64,000 nucleotides of DNA from Catajapyx aquilonaris (lineage: Eukaryota), in contig KZ537958.1 of the NCBI GenBank assembly GCA_000934665.2, forward strand, positions 1 through 64,000, given 5' to 3'. This document shows positions 53,041 through 64,000 of this stretch, piece after piece; position 1 is the stretch's first letter, and the number at the start of each line of letters is the position of its first letter. The notes beneath the pieces are model-generated. The model saw only the letters and a program-made list of their open reading frames with translations, did no database searches and was not told the origin of the DNA. Both the position numbers and the translations under genes were made by a program.

Positions 53041-55736
53041 GTAAGCACTTGAACCCTCTTTGCTCTAATGGAAGTTTCATGTCCGGATTTCTGCCAACTC
53101 CCCCGTCGGATCACATCTTTACTCCTACTTGTTCATCTCAGGTGGTACTCATCATCATTGTTGACCTACACGGGTATGATTAACTGAATCTTTTTTTCTC
53201 TCTCTCTCCAAAAGAAGTGGAAAGTTAGTTTCTTTGGGAATTTGCTCCACTAATGGTCCAAATGAGACCTGAATTGAAAGCGCACTTGTGCAGCATCCCG
53301 GAGTCCATAAAGTGGTGTTTCCAACCTCGGCGGCAATCTTTGGGCCTTGCTCAATACAGTGGAACTCTCCCCTCTTCACAACCCTCGAAATCCGTCCATT
53401 CCAGGGTCGTAATCTCCCAAACAGGACTCTCTGTTCAGTCGTGCCAAGGCGATTTGGGGATTATAGGGACCGTAAGCGAAGCGATTCCTGACACAGCGAA
53501 TTACGAGCCCCCAGTCTGCCGGAGAAAGAAAAGAAAAAAATAGGAAAAAAGGGACGAGGGGGGGGGGGATACTCTAAGGACAGTATTGAGTGGACCTCGT
53601 TTCTTTCCAAATTGGTGCGGTTTGTGGGAATGACGGTTCAAAACTCAGCAAGTTCGTAGAGTACTCCTGTGTGGGCAATAAAAAGAATATTACCTAGAAG
53701 TAGAATAATTCAAGGAATGGGAAGAAATTATGCATATTATCATTCATCCCAAATATTTGCAATAGACCATTCAATTGAAAACTGTTCGTATGATCTTGGA
53801 TATTAATTTGTGTGGACAAACCCATCTCCTTTCCCTTTTGCATCTTAACCCTCTCTCATCTTCTGCGTCGCGATATGAATGAAACATCAAGCCTCCGGAT
53901 ATGTACCAGTTGTTTTCCTTACCTGCCGACTGGAAGAAAAAGTGATGGAAATGTGGCTTCATTTCCGGCTTGTTGAATTAATCCGAGGGTATAGAATAGA
54001 AGTGGATAGGTGTCGAGGGTGGGGAGTATGGCGGAGACGGTGAGGGGGCGATGTTGTAAAGGAGAGCTGCCGCCTGGGGACTACCTCCGCCTCCGTAACC
54101 AGGACAAGGAAAATCCATTACCCAACCCCCCCTGAATTTTCTGGCAACTCGGTCACAAGTAGGTAAACCCTACGAGATCGAAATCCACCTCTTTGCCTCC
54201 CCCACCCCCATATTCTTCCTCTCAACTTCTGTCCCTCTATCAAAAAAACTAATGTTTGAGGCAATTCGCCAAAAAATATGGCAGATGGGCTGGACTTCCT
54301 TTAAGAAGAAAAAAAAACCTGCATTTATAGCCTCCAAATTCCGTATCCCAACATCCAGCAAGCAAGGCGGGCAAATCTGTTTCCTGGGTAAACAGGACGA
54401 ATACAAAGCCGGTTTTGAATGCCATCACTCTCTGACGCCCCAACCCTGCCGCTGAAAGGGACTCTAGGCCTGGATATAGATTCCTATAAGGTTAGCTCTT
54501 GATGTATTTTTCCTTTCCGAAACGGCTCATCCCAGATGGAATAAACTCAGGCTTCTGGAAATGTCAACGTATATCCCCTGGATTTATATTCTTTCTCGTA
54601 TGTCCTTAAATATTGACATAGACATCTCCTTGTGTGAACCTTGTTAAAACTGTTAACTAAGACTGAATGGATGTCTGTCCACTGACTAATCAAGTGTCCT
54701 TGCTCGACCGCGAAACTGTTATACTTTTCATGGGATCTTTCAGGTCTATATCGATCAAACTTTGGGGGGGTTTTTCTGGCCCCACGGCTCAAATCTCACT
54801 CTCGCGTGCTTCTATGACAACAACACGAGTAGTTTCAGCGTGCCGAGTCGACATTAGTTTTGCGAAGAGCAGGATGCGAGTATTAAAGCGGAAAGTTCAA
54901 GACGACTAGGATTCTAATCTAATCCGGGTTTTTGCGGACAACACATTGTTGCTTCAGTTCCTTTCATGTTCAACGTACTTCAACCTCACTAATGGTGAAT
55001 TTGTATCGATCTAGAACACCCAATTTCATTAAGGGTTGCAAACGGGCTCTTTTTTGCACAGTTTTCATTTGGTTACTTGAATGGGTGCACTTAACTCAGT
55101 GAGCGGACGGTTCGAAGGTTTTTTTTTTTTAATTTTTGGAGAAAATTAATTTTGGCGTGAATGCGTTGCTTGTTGGCGGCTTCATTATGAACAGCAATGG
55201 GCACGTAATACGCAATATTGCTGCATTTTTTTTGCGAATATTGTGGTTACCAGGGGACCAGCTGTCCAGATAAATACGAAGTTGAACGAACCAAATGTAA
55301 AGCGTACTTATTTTCAACAAAACTTTCAAGCTAATCAACAAGTTGGGAGCAATGAAAATCCCAATTTGCTGCACTAACCTCTTAACTTGCAAATATCTCC
55401 TCCCCCATGCTAGATTTCGGTCCTAGCCAAGATGGCTTCTGAGTTTGTGTCTCCATAAACGGTTTTACGTTGGCCGCTTTAAATCTGAACGGAAGTTTTA
55501 CAGCCGCCATAAATGAGGTGTTGAGGGGAGACGATTGCATCGGCAACTAATCTTGACTCAACGTGGCTACTTTGTCAAGCAGCTAGCTAGTCCCCTAGAG
55601 CAATTTGCATTAGCCATTCCAGCGGATCTGCCTGATGTCAACCCTGAACGCAACTAATTTCCGCAGAGCACAACTGAGAGAGAGACGACGGAAAAACCTA
55701 TATCTCACTGTGGTTTTGAAATTATTCCGCCCGCAG

Positions 55737-55886
55737 ATGGCAAGTTCCACATGCTTCCCACGGGCGAACTTCTGGTTTTCAACGCCGAGTCTCAAGACAG
55801 TTACGCTTCATACCACTGCCGGGCTACCCACCGCCTCTCAGGTGAAACCATAATGAGCAGCACCTCTGGGAAGATAGAAGTCAGAG
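55737..55886 (+). CDS. Dscam: Dscam-family gene, exon encoding C-terminal half of Ig2 (150 nt; positional equivalent of Dscam1 exon 5)
   Basis: Acceptor ttccgcccgcAG, donor G|gtaagt. Encodes DGKFHMLPTGELLVFNAESQDSYASYHCRATHRLSGETIMSSTSGKIEVR, with Dscam motifs DGKxxxLPxGEL and YxCRxxHRLxGE. In frame with the previous exon; this frame is not in the ORF track. Confidence 0.95.
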
Positions 55887-57039
55887 GTAAGTGCGCATAT
55901 TTTCATTCTTGTTTTTAGAGTACACTCTTCTGCACTTTATGAGTGAGCAAATCAGGATTTTACACTTTGCTGGAAGTAATGTTCATTATGGAGGGAATAA
56001 GTGGCATAATTTTCACTTGGAAATACACTGCGTAATATTAGTGGAAAACACATGAATAGTCGAATATTATGTGAAAATGTACTTAAATAAATGATCAAAA
56101 TAATTACATTTCCCCCCCGAAACTAAGAGTGTACAGATCACACTCTTGGCACTGTACCGACCCTCCCTAATAATTAATTGAAGGTCCAATTACCGGCTGA
56201 AGTAATGGCTCTTGCATCAGACATGCTGCACTGCAACAGGAGCTCGCTTTTTCGTGGCGGTCAGCAAGCAATGGACACCGAGTTTTTTTTTTTTTGTTCC
56301 TTACTTAATTTCCGGTTGGCCGGTAAAACCTGCTAGGAGAACAAATGGATGCGCCGTGCGGCTGTCACAGGCGTGCTTACGGCACTAATGGAAACATTTT
56401 GCAGTGTGTGCTGCCATGGAAAATGCAGTTAGTTGACTTCAAAGCTTGGTGACAAATGGCCCGAGTTGGAGACGGAGCGGCGCATCACCTGTTGAAAGCG
56501 ATGTCTATATATCCGGGGACCTCGCGTCTTGTTCTACAGACCTTTTCATATATATGTACCGGATCTGTACCCATAGGGATATGAGAAATTCTCCCTTTTG
56601 CAGAGGGTCCCACTCTTTTTAATATCAGTGGACCAAATGAGAGGTGCACAAAGGCAAAAGTCGCCTTTTGCCTTTTCACTGGAGCCTGTTCGAGTTGTGC
56701 CTTATATATAGAGCAAGGCATAGACTGTCCGGTATCATCTCGTGACTGCGAGGCATTGCCGTGTCCGGAGCCTGCCTCTTTTCTGAAAAGTTATGTGCAG
56801 TTCGGCACGGAAACGGCTTGCACAAATATATCCACCCCGCCTTGCATCCTGCTTTTCGACGTAGGAAGCTCGGCCTCGAATTTGCAGAGAGCGAGAGATG
56901 TGAAGCAGCATGCCGTTTGGATGATATGGAACCAACACTCCAAACACCAATAATGGCCTATGACCTATGTTAGGGCACAAAAATATCGGGCAGAACTTTA
57001 AAATTTTAAAATTATGGTCATCGACTGATGCACGATTTC

Positions 57040-57880
57040 AACATTATAATAATTTTTAGCCAGAAAAAACTGTAAAAGTACATGTCATCATCTACTATTC
57101 CGGAAGAGCCCTTTGTATATAGCATAAATAGTGCGAGACGCATTGCTTATTCGGTTAGCCATTACTCTTTTATTATTTGCCGGCAATACTCGCTGGGGAA
57201 CTGACACTGTACAATACGGAAGCTTATAAAACGTGAAATGCTTCAGCTTACGGGGTCATGCAGTATAAATTCGGGGGGAGAGCGTTAAAAATTAATAGAA
57301 GCTACTAGTCCTATTTCACAAGGGTGTGGACAGCTACAGGTTACCAGACGGTCCGATTCGAGTGTCTTATTCTGCATAGTACCGGAGTTAAAACATTCAC
57401 AATCTGACCCTGCTTGCCACTAGTAACTTGAAAATTATAACTCGGTGGAGATGTTGGAGAAGTTAATGGCCAGATACACTAATACTACTCAATTAAACAG
57501 AAAGACTTTAAATGAAGGACTATCAGAACCACGTTGGAGTGATTTCAAGATACGAGTGTTAATATTGAATTATTACTCGTGGCAGAATTTGTTTTCCATC
57601 ATTCAGAAGAGTGTAGTTGCTGTAGAAGACTACTCATTTGATCAATAGAAAGTACTGTAGGCCTACATGCCAATATCTGAATTACACAATTCCTAACGCA
57701 AGTTCGACCAGAATGTAGACTAGGGCCTACTTTTAATCCTTCTTCACTTCACACCTTTTTAGGCACTGTAACACCGTCAAATATGTATGCAGTATTGATA
57801 CCTTTCCCAGAAGCAAAATAAAAGTGATCACTTAAGTGTGTATAGAGTGATTTATCAGTAATGATTCAAACAAACTTCTA
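57040..57880 (+). mobile_element. Highly decayed hAT (Tip100/ZMYM1-like) transposase relic; limits approximate
   Basis: The ORF at 57445 contains RKTLNEGLSEPRWSDFKIRV, resembling TLKxLSxTRWSxR. It is preceded by frameshifted RW/EMLEK and LRGHA (resembling RGQxYD) at roughly the expected spacing. Many stops and frameshifts. Confidence 0.5.
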
Positions 57881-60353
57881 TGCCCACTTCTTGCCTTTGA
57901 TTGATGCTAATTACGTCAATAATCAGACGTTCACCTTAAGCAATTGTCAATAAGGATGAGACACCGTTTGTTATTAATTATATTAGGCAAATTAATTTAT
58001 AATTTGATTTGGAATTTATTTCGATATTGTTGTTTATAAGTTTTTTGTTATTAATGTATTAATTAACCTGTCAACTATGCTGGATTATCCATTTAGCAAT
58101 TCACTCTAAACCACAGCAATTACACTCGTGCATTTATTCTGGCAATTATGTCGACAGGAGATCACGGTGTTACTTCATACTGCATGCCCTGCACAAAAAC
58201 ACCGCCAGGTGAAAATGTATCCATGCAGCATATATACGTATACTCCTGTAGAGCAAAACATTGTGTGTATATAGCAGGGTGGGGATGAAGCTCAGGTCTT
58301 GAATTGACTCTCTGGGCAACCGCATGCAGGGGATGCTGCGTGTAATTGAAATGGCGTGGCTTAGGCGGAGCACAACTTGCAGCGTTGAATTACACCGACT
58401 TGCAAGATCCTGTGACAGATGTTCTCTTGGGGGACCACGCAGATTTCATGCAAGCGCAACCCAGTTTGTCCCCACGCTCCATTCAATGTACGTGGTTGTG
58501 TGGTCCATCCTTGTTAAAGTTGCCAGAATCGCCGAAGAAATATTGTTTAAAATAGATATCTGCAGCTCAGAAAATTTTGAATGATTTATTAAATTAACAC
58601 CGTACTTAATTGGATAAGATTGGCTGCATTTGCTCCATCTACAAAATTGAGTAAAACTGTCATCAATAAATTTTAAAGGGACCTTTGGTGTCATGTTCCT
58701 TGCCGCTTTGAGAATAAACAGAAAATATACATTATTATAGGTAGTCGGTAGCAGGCCTAAAGACGTCGATTATTCTAACTGGGGGATTAACGCCTTAAGC
58801 CGATTAATTGAACCGTTTTACGCGTGCAGATCATTGAGCCTTTTCAACATCCAGTTGAGTGACTTACAGGGGATCACATGGAGGGGGGGACTGTGAACGA
58901 ATTGCAAATCCACCATCAGCTAAAGCTTTACTCTGAATACACTAGGTTCATTAGTCATGCCCTAGTGAATTAGGCTCCGTTATATTAATTCGGCGTGTAA
59001 CCTTCCTACCCATTGTTGTTATTGGGCGCGAGAATATCTGCCCCACGCGATTAGCAATATTGGGCGTTTCCAATATACGTCTTCAGACGTTGGGGGGAAA
59101 TATCTCGCGAAAATGTAAAGTCATTTTGTGCTTGCCGAGAGCTGCATTTCCCCAGGGCAAAAAATCCAATTGGATTTCCTCCTTGTCCCCCACCCCCCTC
59201 TCGGCAAGAATGGAATTGTACACATATTTCACGTCAAGGCCTAGGGTACTTTTGTCTCCACCCAACTTTTCAACGGGTATAATATCCCTCTCGGCAGATA
59301 CAAAAAGCATTAAAAGTCTATTTATGACTAGGCGTATATAAATATGCGAAATAATTTTTATTAAAAATTTGGGGTTATCGCCATGTTTTTTCGATCGAAT
59401 CTGGAATCGAGGAAGTTGCAACTGTCTGGAGGACGTATAAATTAATTTTCCCAGAGACATTACTATTTCCAGAAAGATAAAAGGAAAGTGCACAAAACTT
59501 TCTATTGTTTTTGCAGGCCCTTTTCCCCGTTTGGTACATTACGATTCAAGCAGGCTTTCATAAATACAGAAGCCAGTGGAAGGAAGCAGCACACAAAAAA
59601 GGAAGGAGGGAAAGAAGAACTCCGGAGGAAATTCCGAGCCATTATTCCACAAAAGCTCATAGGCTTACGTGAAACGAGAAATGATTTGTGTCTACCCCGG
59701 CAAAGATCAGAGAGCGAAGATCTTTGAAGAGGCAAACAAAAATCTGGAAAGGTAAACTAGCGGTATATCAATACTTCCTCGGAGATTGTTGACTACCTGT
59801 AGTTATAATAGGAAAGAATTACCTAGTATTTGAGCGTCTCCTCCTCCCCCAGAAGGGTATTATCATTCGAACAAAAAGTTTTCTAGCAATCGGGTTGGTA
59901 TACACAAGGCCTCCCAGTAATGAGGACGTACATCTTAATCCTGGGGGCTGGTTAATCTGTAGCCTCCAATCCCTGCTCATTCAAGCGCTCTTTTATAATA
60001 GGCGCAATGGAGCATCGATTAGCCCGAGGTAATGAGGCATGAAGAGAGTCAGGAGATACGGGGGAAATGAAACTGCCTGGGAATAGAAGGGGGGGAAAAA
60101 ATAGCGAGGATGAGATTGGTAACATGTTCCTCAAGCACATTCGGGTGCAAATTGTGTAAAATAATACATAAAAGCAAACTAATCATTTCGAACGAAATTG
60201 AGAAGGAAATCGGTAGATGGCGCATGCTGCTTCCTTTCAGAATTTTACAGCGGCACGACATAACGGAGGCGTTTTAATCTATAGGACGAGGTGAGATACG
60301 ACCCGCGATGTTTACCCGCCGCCAGTCAGCAAGCAAATGAGTAGTCCCTCCTT

Positions 60354-60415
60354 CCATTGCGCAGGCGCAGAACTGGGCCGAATAGGAAGCGTGACGGCGG
60401 GCCAATCAGAAGCAT
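60354..60415 (+). repeat. Dispersed repeat copy B, same family as 42812-42887
   Basis: ccattgcgcaggcgcagaactgggccgaataggaagcgtgacggcgggccaatcagaagcat is colinear with copy A apart from an internal deletion. Confidence 0.7.
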
Positions 60416-63400
60416 CATGGCACTAGATTGTAAGGACTATGGCTAACATGACCGGACATATTGCAGCCTTCCATCTACATTATCGGCACACTGCCGGCTC
60501 AATAATGCAGAACTCTGTGATATTCCAATTTCTGACGTATTGTTGTCCACTGCTAATTGACACGTTAAAGGAAGACTGGGTCCTGCCTCCCGCTTTCACA
60601 GCTCGTGTGACAACGCCCGCTCTCGTGATTCCGTCCAATTTAAGCCCGACAGCCGTAATTTGGGACTCCGTAAAATCCGTCATCAGTGACACCCACCCCT
60701 CATACCTAACATTTGGATAACGAGCAAGCGAACACCTTGATAAACATACCAGGCTGCAGTCAAAATCACCCTCCCGCATCCAACAAAAGGGCCGCTCACA
60801 AAGCCAAAGCCTCGTCTTTGTCGCCCTCATTGGGTCCTCATTAGGGGCTACTACTGCATAGAAAATGTGCGGAAATGGTCCGCGGAAATGCCAAAAGGCA
60901 GTGTGTTTGTTGCCCCGGGGCAGACTCTGGGGTGTCGGATTGCGGGGCTTATTTGGTATGCAGGGTGTGCGTCCTCGTCTGTTCTGCATGGCGTACTTTC
61001 TGCGCTGAATTCACAATGCGTCATAATGCCATTGCTAATCCATCTAGGACTAATCTAGACTTTCATTACACCAACACTGATTTACGACTAGAATTTTTCA
61101 ACCGCATGCTGGACATCTCTGAAAAGATTTAATATGAAACCCAAACCGATATTGATCCTTGGGCATTGTTGAGGCCAAGTTCAAATTAGGTGGCGAGTGT
61201 ATTTTTATACAGGGTGGTTAACCTGCAAAAATTCTGCTGCGAAATAATTACTTTGGAGGAGCAAATATTTGGACAGTAAAAAAACTGCAAGTTTGCGTAA
61301 TGCACGCTGAAAATGCAGCACAATGTGATCAGGAGATTTATTCATCAGGTAATGGTTCACCAGCACTTTTTTTTACCGCTTGTACTGTAGGAGCAGCATG
61401 TGTGACCGCATTTTTAATTAGGGTTTAGCGACTGTTAATATATCTCTGGAAGATGAAATGCACAGTAAACACTGGTTACAGTTCGTGAAATTTGTAGCGA
61501 TTATTAAATTTCACGTCATCGACTTTTTTCACTAATGGACATCTTTAATTTTGCTTGTGGAGTAATGTACTCTCGGTGATCATTATGTCAATCCGCAAGG
61601 CATGAACTTTGCAACGATTACATGAAGAAGTAATGTGCAGTTCAAGCCTTTTTTTCACCCGGAAATGTGGCGTTGAAATCGCGAACCAGCCGCAGCCTTT
61701 GCACCTCCAACATCCATTCTTATGTCAGGATGATTGATGAGAAGTGCAATATGTACGCAGCGGTACCATGCCCTCCAGTATAACAACAGAGTGATTTGTG
61801 ATAGACTGACAGATTTGTCAATAACTCTTTTCGCAGACCATTTCCGACAAAAAAAAGTTGCCAAACTGATCACAGAGCTGAAGAGCTATATTTGTTTTGT
61901 GTTATGATTCCAAAAGGAAGTTGCCAAAGTGCCAAAAAAAACTGACTTGAAAACAGCTTTTCCTCGTCTGGGAAACTCACATTAACAAAGGTTTATATAT
62001 CCTACTGAAAATATCTATCCCTGCGGTCCTACTTATTTCAATTAGATCGAACGAAAATCCCAGCAAGTTTTGTAAAATAATGAGCGTCCTTTGTGAGAAC
62101 AATCTGTAATAAATTCCCTTTGAAATAACAAGGTTAATCACTACTTTGTAATCATTGTCTTTGAGCCATATTTTGGAAATTATTTTAGTTTCTTATGTAT
62201 AGGAAGTCCGTGACATTTTTCTTTTTTTAAAAACCGGATTTAGACTGGACATAATTCTACAGCAGCTTAGCAGAATGATTGGCTTACATGCTTCCGTTTC
62301 TTAGTAGTCCTTTGCTTTCCGACGTCGACTTATCCGGGGTTTCTGCCATTTCGGATTGTTTTCGGGTGTCACGCGCAGGGGTTTCCTGCCTCCGCCACAT
62401 TTCGCCCGGAAGAAGGGCCCGGATGAAGCCCGGAATAAAGGGATTCAAACGCTATTAAGCGACCATTCATCAGAAGGAGGGGGCCAGACTCCAGCCAAGC
62501 TAGCCACTTGGCCCAAGTCAGATAGAGTACGGAATAAGACTGCTTGGAGAGTGATGGAAGACTTTGCCCCTTTTTGCACACATTTCCGCTTGGCGACTAG
62601 TTGTATAATCCCTCGCTACATTCTGGGCTTGAAAAATGGTCGAAGTTACACGGCGTATGGCTCCATCATGTTTAGCACTTCATTTTGTCGAGTTCGTAGG
62701 CAGCATTCCTTCTGAAAGCACACTTTGTCTCTCTGAAAACACACGTCCAACTATGGGCACAAAGATTAACCCCACATGTTGGAACTACCATTATCGGTAT
62801 ATGGTTTATAAAATACTGGCTGTTGCAAAATTTTTCCATCGCATGGACATGTTTTCTGATGCATATGTTGATTCTTGCGGAATAATCAATCAACTGTGTA
62901 AGTGCTCAGTGACCTGTGTTGGCTCGGTTGATGTGCATCAATGAGGAGGGGCCGAGTGGTGTCAACACACTTTGGCATTGTCCTGTGTTGAGCTGCTAGC
63001 ATTCTCCCAATGCTAATGTTTGCGCTGTGCACGTTAGCGCGAACAATGGTTTTCTGGTCGTCCTTTTATATATTTGATTCCACCGCACTGAGCTCGAGGG
63101 CTCGATTATTCCTGGTTTACCATAGTAATTATGATGACGGCCATCACATTTACGGAACACTGTTTTTTTTTGAGAGAGAGAGTCCAACATTTTTAACTGA
63201 GTGTGACACCACTCGTGTCCAAAAATGTAACAATTTCTTACCAAAAAGTTAACATTGTAATTATTCCTCAGGTTTCTCTCCCTATTTCTGGTGCGGTAAA
63301 ATCTTCCGCTCCAATTGTACAAGTTCTAACAAGCTTTCCCAAGTGTTGTCTTACTTCGCCTCTTATTACGTAGACACTAATTAGGGAACCTTCGAAGAAA

Positions 63401-64000
63401 GTTTGGAGCTTCCCCGCTAGACGAGATAAGCGCAGTTCAAAAGTTTCCTGACACTTGAAGGTGCCTGGGCAAGTTGCTGCTGCATTTCTCGCTACGCACA
63501 GCAGAACATAGCAAACAGAAATGGCTGCCATGTGCGACCAAAAAAAAATTGACCAAAGTTCCACTTTAGACAGATTAAGATCCCTGCTAATATTCCTGGT
63601 GTTCCTCGATTTAATTGAGTTGTAGTCAATCCTGAGGATCCCCGGTACTGATGCGGAGGTTCATCGAATTAACTCAAACGGAGTTAAGATCAGGGGGAAC
63701 CAAGTGGCATATCACGATGGAGAAGATGCGTACCAGGAGAGGGTTTGGGAAATGGAATTATCCTCCTGATGCAATTCCACCCGGGTTGAGTGCACCACGT
63801 CCCAAGATGTTACTCTCTTCAGCAACCTCTGCTAAAAAGCAATTAGTCATGTTGTGGGCCGGCCATGTTTCACACCCGCGCAATTGATGCCTTGGGGTTC
63901 GAAAGAAGCTGGCTCATTATGCCTAGAGCACTATATCCCCCGAACATCAAAACGATTTCAGAAGTGTGATGGCAAAGCGTGGTAGATCGTTAGGTGCGGC

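Overview
Eukaryotic, arthropod-like genomic DNA, mostly non-coding. The only gene I can support is the 5' part of a Down syndrome cell adhesion molecule (Dscam) family gene on the + strand. Four coding exons (30985-31045, 46473-46793, 52879-53040, 55737-55886) join through GT-AG phase-1 introns into one 231-codon frame: signal peptide, Ig1 and a split Ig2. The gene continues past the window end. Only one Ig2 N-terminal exon is visible, so this looks like a non-hypervariable, Dscam2-like paralogue, at least for Ig2. The leader exon has a splice acceptor, so an upstream non-coding exon must exist; a candidate ends at 15939. The introns and upstream DNA hold decayed transposon fragments: a clear Helitron helicase piece and weaker hAT-, hATm-, THAP- and Tc1-like traces. 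They also hold a 43-bp tandem repeat, a twice-occurring CCAAT/NRF1-like module, three CTCF-like cores, simple repeats and a 39-N gap. I found no convincing novel system. Apart from those overlapping these exons and relics, the ORFs in the track look like chance. Family calls come from motif recall by eye, not from searches.
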